From contig CAVVKN010000009.1 of the NCBI GenBank assembly GCA_963748825.1, forward strand, positions 247,471 to 311,470: 64,000 bases of DNA. Direction: 5' to 3'. Numbering within the stretch: the stretch's first letter is position 1; each line of letters begins with the position of its first letter. Source of the stretch: Methanotrichaceae archaeon. GTDB taxonomy: Archaea > Halobacteriota > Methanosarcinia > Methanotrichales > Methanotrichaceae. The translations under genes and the position numbers were made by a program. Positions 1 to 10,469 of this stretch are shown here, piece by piece. The notes under the pieces were generated by a model, which was given only the letters and a program-made list of their open reading frames with translations, did no database searches and was not told the origin of the DNA.

Positions 1-121
1 GCAAAGGCGAATTGAAATAAAGGTCCTGGTGGTTTTCCACCACCAGCAATACGGCCCCCAGAGCAGCGATCTTCTCGGCCATGTCCTCTGGGGCGCGGGC
101 CTTAACCTCGACCTCGATCAT
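1..121 (-). CDS. cyaB: Class IV adenylate cyclase / CYTH-domain protein, 5' part (runs off the window)
   Basis: Manual translation [39 protein letters not shown] shows the CYTH ExExK motif and the DxYF motif. Its ATG overlaps the valS stop (ATGA). Not in the ORF track. Confidence 0.8.
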   Translation of the reverse strand, partial: MIEVEVKARAPEDMAEKIAALGAVLLVVENHQDLYFNSPL

Positions 122-2700
122 CTTCGAACCAGCACTGTGGCCTTTCCCAGGCGCAGTATATCTACGGCCTCGCCTGCGGAAAGATTCTCCACGACAATCT
201 CTGCTGCCTCTGGTGGGACCTCGATGATCTCACCGTCCACTGGGACCGCAATTGTTCCCCCTGCCTTCTGGCTGGCAACCAGGGCCGGGTCCATGCCACC
301 CAGGGCTTTTATGATCTTGCCGCTCTTGTCCTTGAACCTGGGGCCTATTATTTTCATCTGCGGCTTGACGGCTACGGCCTTCATCTCGATCATGGGGCTT
401 CCCGTACGGCTATCGACTTGAGAGTTAGCCACGCCAACGAGATCAATGGTCTCCAGGGCCAGATCAGAGTATACTACTATCCCCGGAAGAGGCGAATTGA
501 GGGCCATGCCTTTCTCTGCCTTGTAGCGGCGCAGCGCTGCGGCAATTTCTTTTATGGCAAGTCCTGCCGGATCGATCTCTATGCCGAAGGGCTCTGGCCA
601 GCTCTGCACATGCACGCTCTTTCCAGTGAGGGTATGATGAATCTCCTCGGAGATGAAGGGGGTGAAGGGCGCCATGAGCTTGGAGAGCGTCTCCAGAGCC
701 GTGTAAAGAGTATTTTGGGCTGCCCTCTTCTCCGGCCCGTCCGGCCCGTAGAGACGGGCCTTGACCAGTTCTATGTAATTGTCGGCCAGGACCTCCCAGG
801 CAAAGCCGCGAATGGCCTTCATGGTCTCATCAAACTGGAAAGCGTCCATGGCAATGGTGGCCTTCGTGATGAGTGAATCCAGCTCCCCCAGGAGCCAGCG
901 ATCCACTTGACCGGGAACGGCATCAACTTTGGCAATAAGGGGCAACGAGAAGCGATAGATCGACCAGAGCTTCTGCTGGAAGCGACTGGCTGCCGTGATC
1001 TCCTTCCACTGGAACATAATGTCATTTCCAGGGGACCCGCCCATGGCCCCCCACTGGCGGAGCGCATCGGCGCCATTGGTCAGGAAGACCTCCTCGGGGC
1101 GTATGAAGTTGTTTAAAGACTTGGACATCTTGTGCCCGTCCTCACCTAGAGCCATGCCGTTGACGAGAATGGTATCCCAGGGCTTGACGCCCTCCAGGGA
1201 TTTCGTGCGCAAAATGGTGTAAAAAGCCCAGGTGCGGATGATGTCATGCCCCTGCGGTCTTAGCTGCGTGGGCATGCGCAGATCCTTTCCCTTTCGATCC
1301 GGCCAGCCGGCTACCGCCAGGGCAGAGATGGAGCTGTCCATCCAGGTGTCCAGGACATCCTGCTCCGGGATGAAATCATCGCTTCCGCACTTGCATTTCT
1401 CAGGCGGATGAGTCTGGTTGGGGTCCAATGGAAGCCACTCTTCCCGGGCAACTTTTACCTCTTGGCAATGGCGGCAATACCAGACGGGTATGGGCGTGGC
1501 AAATATCCTCTGCCGGGAGATGCACCAATCCCATTCCACAGAGTCTGCCCAGTTCTTAAGCCGGACCTGCATGTGGGGAGGTACCCAATCGATCTCCTCG
1601 GCCGTCTTCTTGATCTCCTCGGAATTGATTTTGACAAACCACTGCCGCTCAGATAAAATCTCAATGGGCGCCTTGCACCGCCAGCAGAGGCCCACATTCT
1701 GCTCCAGTGGCTCCTGCTTGAAGATTATCCCCTCATTTATCATATCCTGGGTGATCTTATTCTTGGCCTCGGTCACAGATAGGCCCGCGTAGGGCCCGGC
1801 GATGGCCGTCAGCACTCCCTCGCGATCTATGGCCTGGCGCAACGGAAGGTGATGCTCCATCCACCATCTCACATCCTGCCGGTCTCCAAAGGTGCAGATC
1901 ATGACAATTCCCGTTCCAAAGCTCGTGTCCACCACAGGATCAGCCAGCACAGGAACTTCGTAATTGAATATGGGAACCAAGACATTCTTGCCGATATATT
2001 GGCGGTAGCGCTCATCATTGGGATTCACAGCTACGGCCACGCAGGCAGGCAGAAGCTCGGGCCGGGAGGTGGCGATCTGCATCTCGCCGTCCTGTGCAGA
2101 AAAACGCATGTAATTTAGAGTCGTGGTGCGAGAATCGTATTCCACTTCAGCAAAGGCTATGGCGGTGCCGCAGCGGGGACACCAGTTGACGGGATGGTTC
2201 GCCCGGTAGATCTGGCCGCTCTGGTACATGCGCACGAAAGAGGTTTGCGTCTTGACATAGTACTCCGGCTTCATGGTTACGTACTCGTTGGACCAGTCAA
2301 TGGATAGGCCCAGCCGTCCCATGGACAGATGAAAACGCTCGATGGCCTCAAAAGTCAGCTTCTCGCACAGCCGCCGAAACTCTTCTCGAGGAACCTGGTT
2401 CTTTGTGATATGGTTTAGCTGTTCTACCTTTACCTCGGTAGGAAGCCCGTGGCAGTCCCAGCCCTGCGGGAACATGACGTTATAGCCTCGCATGCGCTTG
2501 TAGCGAGCCACGTAGTCGATGTAACACCAGTTAAGAGCGTTTCCAATATGGAAGTCTCCCGTGGGGTAGGGTGGAGGTGTGTCAATGATGTATTGCGGTT
2601 TTTTCGATTCCCAATCGAAGTGATAAATTGAACTGTCCCAACTCTGCACCCATTTCTCTTCCACTTGACTAAAGTTGTACTCCTTGGAGACCTCGCTCAT
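118..2700 (-). CDS. valS: Valine--tRNA ligase
   Basis: IDTPPPY..HIGN (HIGH-like), [18 protein letters not shown] and KMSKS motifs; archaeal type. Start placed at MSEVSKEY (2700). Confidence 0.97.
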   Translation of the reverse strand: MSEVSKEYNFSQVEEKWVQSWDSSIYHFDWESKKPQYIIDTPPPYPTGDFHIGNALNWCYIDYVARYKRMRGYNVMFPQGWDCHGLPTEVKVEQLNHITKNQVPREEFRRLCEKLTFEAIERFHLSMGRLGLSIDWSNEYVTMKPEYYVKTQTSFVRMYQSGQIYRANHPVNWCPRCGTAIAFAEVEYDSRTTTLNYMRFSAQDGEMQIATSRPELLPACVAVAVNPNDERYRQYIGKNVLVPIFNYEVPVLADPVVDTSFGTGIVMICTFGDRQDVRWWMEHHLPLRQAIDREGVLTAIAGPYAGLSVTEAKNKITQDMINEGIIFKQEPLEQNVGLCWRCKAPIEILSERQWFVKINSEEIKKTAEEIDWVPPHMQVRLKNWADSVEWDWCISRQRIFATPIPVWYCRHCQEVKVAREEWLPLDPNQTHPPEKCKCGSDDFIPEQDVLDTWMDSSISALAVAGWPDRKGKDLRMPTQLRPQGHDIIRTWAFYTILRTKSLEGVKPWDTILVNGMALGEDGHKMSKSLNNFIRPEEVFLTNGADALRQWGAMGGSPGNDIMFQWKEITAASRFQQKLWSIYRFSLPLIAKVDAVPGQVDRWLLGELDSLITKATIAMDAFQFDETMKAIRGFAWEVLADNYIELVKARLYGPDGPEKRAAQNTLYTALETLSKLMAPFTPFISEEIHHTLTGKSVHVQSWPEPFGIEIDPAGLAIKEIAAALRRYKAEKGMALNSPLPGIVVYSDLALETIDLVGVANSQVDSRTGSPMIEMKAVAVKPQMKIIGPRFKDKSGKIIKALGGMDPALVASQKAGGTIAVPVDGEIIEVPPEAAEIVVENLSAGEAVDILRLGKATVLVRR

Positions 2701-2776
2701 CAGAATGCTCCTGCTCTTTGGCTGCATGAGCAGTTGAACACAATGTTAATAGGATTATCGGTAGACCAATAGCAAT

Positions 2777-3268
2777 ATGCAACTCCTGATCTATCATGCA
2801 GATCAATGCGACCCCAAGAAATGCTCGGGCAAAAAGTTGGCTCGCTTCGATCTGGTTCGCTTAACCCGTCATATAAACCAGCTCCGGCCTTTCCTGGTGT
2901 TAAGTCCCTTTTCAGAAAAGGCGCTCTCCCCAGAGGACAAAGGGGCAAGAGGACTTGCCGCCCTGGACTGCAGCTGGGCCCAGGCCGAGGAGGTCTTCTT
3001 GCGCTTTAAGCTAATGGAGAGGGCACTGCCATTCCTGGTGGCCGCCAATCCCGTAAACTATGGAAAACCCTTCAAGCTCTCCACAGTGGAGGCACTGGCT
3101 GCGGGGCTCATCATCTTAGGAGAGAGAGAGCAGGCTGAATTGATACTCTCCAAATTCAACTGGGGACATGTCTTTTTAAAACTCAACCAGGAGCCGTTGC
3201 AGGAGTACGCCGCAGCAAAAAACTCAGCTGAGGTGGTGAAAATTCAGGAGGCATATTTATCTGGATAA
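2777..3268 (+). CDS. tsr3: rRNA aminocarboxypropyltransferase Tsr3 (DUF367)
   Basis: [45 protein letters not shown] and FNWG motifs. Confidence 0.93.
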   Translation: MQLLIYHADQCDPKKCSGKKLARFDLVRLTRHINQLRPFLVLSPFSEKALSPEDKGARGLAALDCSWAQAEEVFLRFKLMERALPFLVAANPVNYGKPFKLSTVEALAAGLIILGEREQAELILSKFNWGHVFLKLNQEPLQEYAAAKNSAEVVKIQEAYLSG

Positions 3269-3408
3269 AAAAATTTCGAGCTAGCAGTTTCGCTTCCCGC
3301 CTGCATTAAAATGGACGGGGCTATGGGCCCGTCTTGCAGAAAGGCGTCGTGCAGATCACCATTCCCAAAGAGGTCGCCATAATCAGAAAACGCATATGAA
3401 TTGGCTGA

Positions 3409-4617
3409 TCAGGGTGCATCATTTTGGAGAAGTATATGGTGCATTTTGTCCCTCTTCGTCTCCAGATATCTTCTATTGACATTATTGGGCTCAGTCTCAA
3501 GAGCAACGCGCTCTACAATCTTCAGGCCGTAGCCTTCCAGACCAATCACCTTGCGAGGATTGTTGGTCAAGAGACGAATCTCTTTTATGCCCAGATCTAC
3601 TAAAATCTGGGCGCCAATGCCGTAATCTCGAAGATCGGCCGGGTAGCCCAGTTCGTTATTGGCCTCAACCGTATCCGAGCCGGCATCCTGCAGGGCATAG
3701 GCGCGAAGCTTATTGGCGAGGCCAATGCCCCTGCCCTCCTGACGCATGTAAAGAAATACTCCATTTCCGTTCTCACTGATGAGATGCAAGGCCTTGCGAA
3801 GCTGCTCGCCGCAATCGCAACGCTGGGAGGAGAAGACATCTCCCGTGAGGCACTCCGAATGCACCCGGACCAAGGCATCTGGGGCTGCGGGATCACCGGA
3901 CACGAAGGCGACGTGACACTGTCCGTCCAAAATGGACTCATAGCCTATCGCCCTAAAGTATCCGTACTCTGTGGGCATGCTCACATCCGAGACCTTGCGG
4001 ATTAGCTTCTCGCGCTGCATGCGGTAGCTGATGAGGCTCTCGATGGTCACCATTCTAAGGTTGTTTTGCTCTGCAAAGACCTCCAGCTCGGGCAGTCTGG
4101 CCATACTGCCGTCATCATTCATGATCTCACAGATGACTCCCGCTGGATTTAGGCCCGCCAGCCGGGCTAGGTCCACGCAGGCCTCGGTATGGCCGGTGCG
4201 CCGCAAGACGCCTCCCTCTTTGGCCTGCAAGGGAAAGAGATGGCCAGGAGTGACAATATCGCTTCGCCTCGTTTTGGGGTCGATAAGCGTTTGCACTGTC
4301 GTCGCTCGATCAAAAGCAGAGATACCGGTGGTAGTGTTGGCCCTGGCATCCACGGATACCGTAAATGCCGTGCCCATGGACTCCGTATTCTGGGCAGTCA
4401 TGAGGGGAAGGTCCAGCTCCCGCAACCTTTCCGCCGTCATGGGCATGCAGATCAGGCCGCGAGCAAAGCGAGCCATGAAATTGATGGCATCAGGCGTCAC
4501 CTTTTCCGCGGCCATCATCAGGTCGCCCTCGTTCTCTCGGTTCTCATCGTCCAATACTATGATGAAGCGGCCCGACTGGATATCTAAAATCGCATCTTCT
4601 ACAGAACAAAATGGCAT
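3409..4617 (-). CDS. ribBA: Bifunctional 3,4-dihydroxy-2-butanone-4-phosphate synthase / GTP cyclohydrolase II
   Basis: RibB motifs [10 protein letters not shown] and GHTEA, plus RibA motifs [22 protein letters not shown] and LLTNNP. Start placed at MPFCSVEDA. Confidence 0.96.
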   Translation of the reverse strand: MPFCSVEDAILDIQSGRFIIVLDDENRENEGDLMMAAEKVTPDAINFMARFARGLICMPMTAERLRELDLPLMTAQNTESMGTAFTVSVDARANTTTGISAFDRATTVQTLIDPKTRRSDIVTPGHLFPLQAKEGGVLRRTGHTEACVDLARLAGLNPAGVICEIMNDDGSMARLPELEVFAEQNNLRMVTIESLISYRMQREKLIRKVSDVSMPTEYGYFRAIGYESILDGQCHVAFVSGDPAAPDALVRVHSECLTGDVFSSQRCDCGEQLRKALHLISENGNGVFLYMRQEGRGIGLANKLRAYALQDAGSDTVEANNELGYPADLRDYGIGAQILVDLGIKEIRLLTNNPRKVIGLEGYGLKIVERVALETEPNNVNRRYLETKRDKMHHILLQNDAP

Positions 4618-4726
4618 ATAAGACGGTAAGCAGTACTGCCGAATACTTAAGAGTTTTGTGCCAATCGCAAAATAGTATGAAGCCCGCAAAAAAGGACTTC
4701 AGATGATACAGATGAGGAGAGCGCAA

Positions 4727-5743
4727 TCAGGACCAGACACCCGCCAATGCGCTGCCGCATTTACTGCAATGCCCATCGATCACGGAATTTCTCATGATAC
4801 TGTATCCCAGCCGTTCAATCTGTTCCTCTTTGCAGACGGGGCAGATGGTATTCTCACTCTCGCCTGGAATGTTCCCGACGTAGACGTACTTAAGTCCCGC
4901 CTTGCGGCCGGCCAGCAGGCCCCTGCGAAGCGACTCTATCCCTGTCCGGGGAACATCTTTCATCTTGTACATGGGATAGAAGGCAGAGATATGCCAGGGC
5001 ATATCCGGACTCACACCGGCCAGAAACTCGGCTAGATCCTTTAGCACCGCATCGGAATCGTTGTAGCCGGGAATGAGGAGGGTTGTAACCTCTACCCAGA
5101 CGCCTCTCTTCCGGAACAGATCGATGTTGTGCTCAACAGGCTCGAGCTTTGCTCCGCAGACCTTGCGGTAGAATTGATCATCACCCTTCAGATCGATGTT
5201 TATGCCGTCCAAAATGGGCGCGATCTTTTGCGCGGCCTCTTCGCCCATGTAGCCGTTGCTGACAAAGACATTCTTCAGGCCCTCCTCGTGGGCCAATGCT
5301 GCCACATCAAAGGCGTACTCGAAGAAGATGGTGGGCTCGGAATAGGTGTAGGCTATGGACTGACAGCCGAGAGCATTAGCATTCGCAACTACACTCTTCG
5401 GGCTTACGAATTCTCCCGGTATCTGGCCGGTTTCCCGAGGCAGTTGGGAGATGTCCGCATTCTGGCAGTGCAGGCAGCGGAAGTTGCAGCCCACCGTAGC
5501 TATAGAATAGGCGAGGCTTCCCGGCAGAAAATGAAAGAAGGGCTTCTTCTCAATGGGGTCGGCATTGGCGGCCACCAGGCTTCCATATACCATGGTCATC
5601 AGCTTTCCATTCCGGTTTTCCCGCACGCCGCAGATACCCCTCTTGCTGGAACGGATACGGCATTGCTGGTGGCATAGACTGCACTCGACGTCGCCATCCA
5701 GTTTTTCCCAGAATTGGGCCTCTCTAATCGTCTCTGAAGCCAT
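4727..5743 (-). CDS. amrS: AmmeMemoRadiSam-system radical SAM enzyme (PFL-activase-like)
   Basis: N-terminal CxxCxxxC..GxCGVR, DPIEKKP, GCNFRCLHCQN, YSEPT and YVYVGN..CPVC motifs. Confidence 0.85.
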   Translation of the reverse strand: MASETIREAQFWEKLDGDVECSLCHQQCRIRSSKRGICGVRENRNGKLMTMVYGSLVAANADPIEKKPFFHFLPGSLAYSIATVGCNFRCLHCQNADISQLPRETGQIPGEFVSPKSVVANANALGCQSIAYTYSEPTIFFEYAFDVAALAHEEGLKNVFVSNGYMGEEAAQKIAPILDGINIDLKGDDQFYRKVCGAKLEPVEHNIDLFRKRGVWVEVTTLLIPGYNDSDAVLKDLAEFLAGVSPDMPWHISAFYPMYKMKDVPRTGIESLRRGLLAGRKAGLKYVYVGNIPGESENTICPVCKEEQIERLGYSIMRNSVIDGHCSKCGSALAGVWS

Positions 5744-5852
5744 AAATAAACACCAGAGTATTCAAGGCACTCATAATATGTATAACAATGGTGTACAAAA
5801 TTTAATATCAATTTTTGGTTGGAAAAAAGTGGCTTTGGGGGCAAAATGCCCT

Positions 5853-6209
5853 TTACTCTTTTCTGCTCAGAACCAGGCTTGCGACTGCTAAGAGGCCGAC
5901 TATGGCAAAGACGCCCTCAAATCCGGGTGCAGCCTTCTCGGCAGCCTTAGTAGCCTCGGTAGCGGACGCGTTAACCTTCTCTTCTGCCTTGGTAGCGGCT
6001 TCCGTGACCTTCTCTTTTGCCGCGACAGCGCTCTCGTTGACCTTCTCTTCAGCAACAGCGGCCGCAGCGGTTACAGCCTCCGCGGCATGCTCTTCAGCAA
6101 CAGCGACTGCGCCGGTTGCAGCTCCAGCAGCAGTCTCTTCCGCATTTACAACTACAATAGCTGTGAGCAGCATCATCAGCGCAACAAGCATAATCGAAAC
6201 GATCTTCAT
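5853..6209 (-). CDS. Small secreted Ala/Glu/Lys-rich PGF-CTERM protein
   Basis: Signal peptide, low-complexity linker, then C-terminal PGF + transmembrane helix + basic tail (APGFEGVFAIVGLLAVASLVLSRKE). Confidence 0.85.
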   Translation of the reverse strand: MKIVSIMLVALMMLLTAIVVVNAEETAAGAATGAVAVAEEHAAEAVTAAAAVAEEKVNESAVAAKEKVTEAATKAEEKVNASATEATKAAEKAAPGFEGVFAIVGLLAVASLVLSRKE

Positions 6210-6437
6210 TATTGTAAGACCCTCCTATCAATTGCATGATCATCGGTAAAAACTTCTCCGAAGCTACAATAGAGTACTTGGCAAAACATTACCCTTGAAT
6301 GCGGCCTCAAAGCCCTCCGTTTCACGGGGATGATCGAGCAGGTTTGCTGTCGCAAAAGATCATATATATATTTTTTGGTGGGAATTTTTCCGGACGCACA
6401 AAAGAAAACTCAATGGATATGAACAGAAATAACGCTG

Positions 6438-6480
6438 CAAAAAAAGGGATAGTTCTGGAGAGCCTAGGCCCTCCAGCTAT
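6438..6480 (-). terminator. Hairpin plus T-tract downstream of the S-layer gene
   Basis: Minus strand reads CTGGAGGGC-CTAG-GCTCTCCAG followed by AACTATCCCTTTTTTT. Confidence 0.6.
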
Positions 6481-6486
6481 TTGATC

Positions 6487-8611
6487 TTACTCTCTTCTGC
6501 CAAGTACCAGGAAGGCAACTGCCAGGAGACCGGTTATGGCGAGAATGCTCTCGAATCCGGGTGTAGCCTTCTCGGCAGCCTTAGCCTCGGTTACGTTTTC
6601 CTTAGCAGCAGTCTCGACAGCCTTAGCCTCTGCTACTTTTTCAGTAGCGGCAGTCTCGGCAGCCTTAGCCTCGGTTACGTTTTCCTTAGCAGCCTCGACT
6701 ACTGTGGTGGCGGCTGGAGCAGCCTCAACAGCGGGTGCGGCCTCAGCGGCGGGGGCAGCAGCGCCCTCGATGGTTACTGCCTTGTATATGTAGTACCTGA
6801 GGGTATCGTTGTCAGCGGTCTTGATGCTTATGCCGCTCATCAAGGCGGTATCCTTGTTCTTGCTGAGAGTTATGGCGTTGTCCTTGTTCTCCATGGTGAT
6901 GGTTCCGGCGTTTGCATCCACGGAGGTGATGGTCATCTTATCGTACTGAGGTGTCGGCCTTTACATCAGTTGCCTCACCGGATATCTGCCAGATGCCATC
7001 GACTGTGGCCAGATTCTGGTCAGCGCCACGGAAGGCGTTCTTGAAGTGAGCTGCGATGGTAATCAGCTTCTTCTGATCGCCTACAGCGGGATTCTTGTAG
7101 TAGTAAGTCTTGTCGGACATAGTCGCGTCGGCCTTGGACGGGGATATGACCTTGCTGTCTACTACAGAGCCATCCTTGGAGAGCTCGAGATATACCTTGT
7201 TGCCGTCGATATCAATGGATTTGATAGCCAGCTCGTAGCCTTCTTCCATCTTCATGGGTGTGCCAGAGGTGACAGTCTTCTCGGTATCGTCATCAATAAG
7301 GATCTTCTGGAGCTGCTCGCTGGACAGGGAATTCTCATCAGTGGACTCTTTGAACAGGAGGTTCTTATCGGCGTTGTCAACGTTCTCGACATAGCCTGCG
7401 AAGTACCTGTCTGCTAGGAAGCCCATGACATTGAATGCGCCCCAATCCTCGTACTTGAACTCCTTGGCCTGAGCCTTGGTCTCATACTTGACACCATAGG
7501 GCGAGTCGCCGCTCAGCTTCTTATCGGTTAAGGTTGTGCTGAGTGTCTCGGTTCCGATGTCATCCTTAATATCATAGTAGAATCCTGCGAAGTTCTGAGA
7601 ATTCCATGTGTTGTCTGCGGTAGCGACTGCGCCACGGATCTCATAGGTTCCGGGCTCAGTTATTTCCTTGTATATGTAGTACCTGAGGGTATCGTTGTCA
7701 GCGGTCTTGATGCTTATGCCGCTCATCAAGGCGGTATCCTTGTTCTTGCTGAGAGTTATGGCGTTGTCCTTGTTCTCCATGGTGATGGTTCCGGCGTTTG
7801 CATCCACGGAGGTGATGGTCATCTTATCGTACGAGGTGTCGGCCTTGACATCAGTTGCCTCACCGGATATCTGCCAGATGCCGTCGACTGTGGCCAGATT
7901 CTGGTCAGCGCCACGGAAGGCGTTCTTGAAGTGAGCTGCGATTGTTACCAGCTTCTTCTGATCGCCTACAGCGGGATTCTTGTAGTAGTAAGTCTTGTCG
8001 GCCATGTTCGCGTTGGCCTTGGACGGGGATATGACCTTGCTGTCTACTACAGAGCCATCCTTGGAGAGCTCGAGATATACCTTGTTGCCGTCGATATCAA
8101 TGGATTTGATAGCCAGCTCGTAGCCTTCTTCCATCTTCATGGGTGTGCCAGAGGTGACAGTCTTCTCGGTATCGTCATCAATAAGGATCTTCTGGAGCTG
8201 CTCGCTGGACAGGGAATTCTCATCAGTGGACTCTTTGAACAGGAGGTTCTTCTCGGCGTTGTCAACGTTCTCGACATAGCCTGCGAAGTACCTGTCTGCT
8301 AGGAAGCCCATGACATTGAATGCGCCCCAATCCTCGTACTTGAACTCCTTGGACTGAGCAGTGGTCTCATACTTGACACCATAGGGCGAGTCGCCGCTCA
8401 GCTTCTTATCGGTTAAGGTTGTGCTGAGGGTCTCGGTTCCGATGTCATCCTTAATATCATAGTAGAATCCGGCGAAGTTCTGAGAATTCCATGTGGTGTC
8501 TCCGGTAGCGACTGCGCCGCGTACCTCCACTTTCTCGACCGCGCCGACTACCATCGCTGTTGCTAGTAACAGCATCATCGATGTAAGCGTAATTGCAGCC
8601 AATTTCTTCAT
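6487..8611 (-). CDS. Major S-layer protein (two Methanosarcinales S-layer/DUF1608-type domains + PGF-CTERM), split by a +1 frameshift at about 6947
   Basis: Signal peptide, two near-identical domains (W..QNFAGFYYDI..DIGTE), Ala-rich linker and TPGF anchor. ORFs 6938..8611 and 6487..6936 join into 707 aa if one base at 6947 is removed. Confidence 0.9.
6580..6692. repeat. 42-bp imperfect tandem repeat (about 2.7 units) encoding the S-layer linker
   Basis: CTTAGCCTC(G/T)G recurs with period 42; protein unit AAKENVTEAKAAET. Confidence 0.75.
6781..8520. repeat. Near-identical intragenic tandem duplication, period 885/886 bp
   Basis: TATATGTAGTACCTGAGGGT occurs at 6785 and 7671, with long identical stretches across both units. 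Confidence 0.95.
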
Positions 8612-9452
8612 CTTTTAACCTCCTATTTTCCCTTCACGATCACTTTCAGCAGCATACAGTCTGATTATTCTTAAAACTATTGCCTGAATAAAGTCTTCGA
8701 TCGCCCTGCTACATATTGTGAATCGAGATTTCCTGCGATGTCACCGCTGCCTGGCGTCTCTCAGACATGTATATAGCTACGTCACCCTCCTCAAATCCCA
8801 TAAGGGATATAGGGTAGTGATAGAGTATTTCCCTATTATATCTTTTTTGGTCCTCTACTAGCAGCTTGGTGCTGATCTTCCTCTATCGAGAGTTACAATC
8901 GACCAAAGAGCTTTACAAGGCTCAATCACGCATTTGTCACTACCTATTTAAAGACTATTCTTCGCTGAGACGGCAAGAAGCCTGAAGGAACAAGTAATCG
9001 AACCAACTCTATCTGGGAAAGTGTCCATCTTTATATTCAGACCTGAAAAAATACCCCGGTATGCCCTCTTAGCATGATCGTTTTAAGACAAAAAATGAAA
9101 CGGCGGCGTACTCCTGCAGCAAGATATGGGTATTTCACTAAAAAAATAAATCTTTTACAAAAACATATTATAATGATTAATCAGAAGTTCTACATTATGG
9201 ATTCCCTGATTAAATCTCTTTTATCGAATAATTTTAAACAAGATTTAGATGGCGCTAATTAGGTTAATCAAATCAAATTTTTTTCTCGGAGAAAAAGTGA
9301 TTTGCAATAGCAAACGGCTGTGACACACCTGCATAGCAGGCTGCGAGGTATGAGAGGCGTTGCCGCATATGGTACAATGCAATCATCAGGTTATTACGAT
9401 AAAAATAACCGGGGAAAACGGTTTTTGCGAATGGCGTCACAATCCATAAAGC

Positions 9453-10469
9453 ATGACAAGAACCTGCCTGATCTATCATCCCATCTATCTACTGCACGGG
9501 GCGCTGTGCCATCCGGAGAAAAAGGAGCGCCTCACCGCAATACTGGATAAAATTCAATCAGAAAAGCTCGATGTAGACTTCATCACGCCAGAGCCCGCGA
9601 CCATAGCCCAGGTTGCGGCCATACACGGACTAAGGTACATCAATCAGGTAAAAGCCATCTGCGAGCACGGTGGCGGCTACCTGGATGTCGATACAATTCT
9701 TTCCAAAAACTCCTATGATGCTGCCCTGATGGCTGCCGGCGGCGCATTGACCGCGGTCGATGCTGTCCTAGGGGAGTGCGACAGCGCCTTTGCCCTGGTC
9801 CGGCCGCCCGGGCACCACGCCAAGCCCAATCGCGGCATGGGATTTTGTATCTTCAACAACATCGCAATCGCCGCGAAGCATGCCCAGGCGCGGGAAGCGA
9901 AAAAAGTGCTCATAGTAGACTGGGATGTGCATCACGGCAACGGCACCAATGACGTATTCTATTCCGATCCGTCTGTACTATATTTCTCTACCCACCAGTA
10001 TCCCCACTATCCGGGCACGGGAAGAGCAGATGAGGTAGGAGAGGACGGCGCACAAGGTTTCACGGTAAACGTGCCCCTGCCATCGGGAACAGGAGACGCG
10101 GGTTACCTCATGGCTTACCGGGAGATCTTAAAGCCCATAGCTTTGGAGTTTAAGCCCGACATAGTTCTCGTCTCGGCTGGCCAGGATCCGCATAAGGACG
10201 ATCCTCTGGGCGGCATGCGTCTGACCTCGGCCGGCTTTGGTGCCATTGCCGGCGTAGTGAAAGAGATAGCCAATACTTGCTGCAGGGGAAGACTGGCTGC
10301 TGCCTTGGAAGGCGGATACAACCTGCAGGCACAGGCAGAAGCGGTTGTAGCCGAGATCAGAGCTTTTGGCGGTGAAGTGCCGCAAGTAGGAGGCACGGAC
10401 CCAGGCGTTGCCAGGAGAATAGAGGAGGTCAAAAAGATTCAAAGCAGCTACTGGAGCTGCTTTTCCTAG
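9453..10469 (+). CDS. Histone deacetylase family (class II-like) protein
   Basis: HPE, RPPGHHA, GFCIFNN, DWDVHHGNGT, SAGQDPH and LEGGY motifs. Confidence 0.93.
   Translation: MTRTCLIYHPIYLLHGALCHPEKKERLTAILDKIQSEKLDVDFITPEPATIAQVAAIHGLRYINQVKAICEHGGGYLDVDTILSKNSYDAALMAAGGALTAVDAVLGECDSAFALVRPPGHHAKPNRGMGFCIFNNIAIAAKHAQAREAKKVLIVDWDVHHGNGTNDVFYSDPSVLYFSTHQYPHYPGTGRADEVGEDGAQGFTVNVPLPSGTGDAGYLMAYREILKPIALEFKPDIVLVSAGQDPHKDDPLGGMRLTSAGFGAIAGVVKEIANTCCRGRLAAALEGGYNLQAQAEAVVAEIRAFGGEVPQVGGTDPGVARRIEEVKKIQSSYWSCFS

Noticed and set aside
4618-4726. FMN riboswitch upstream of ribBA
   Set aside because: The gap is short and lacks RFN consensus segments.
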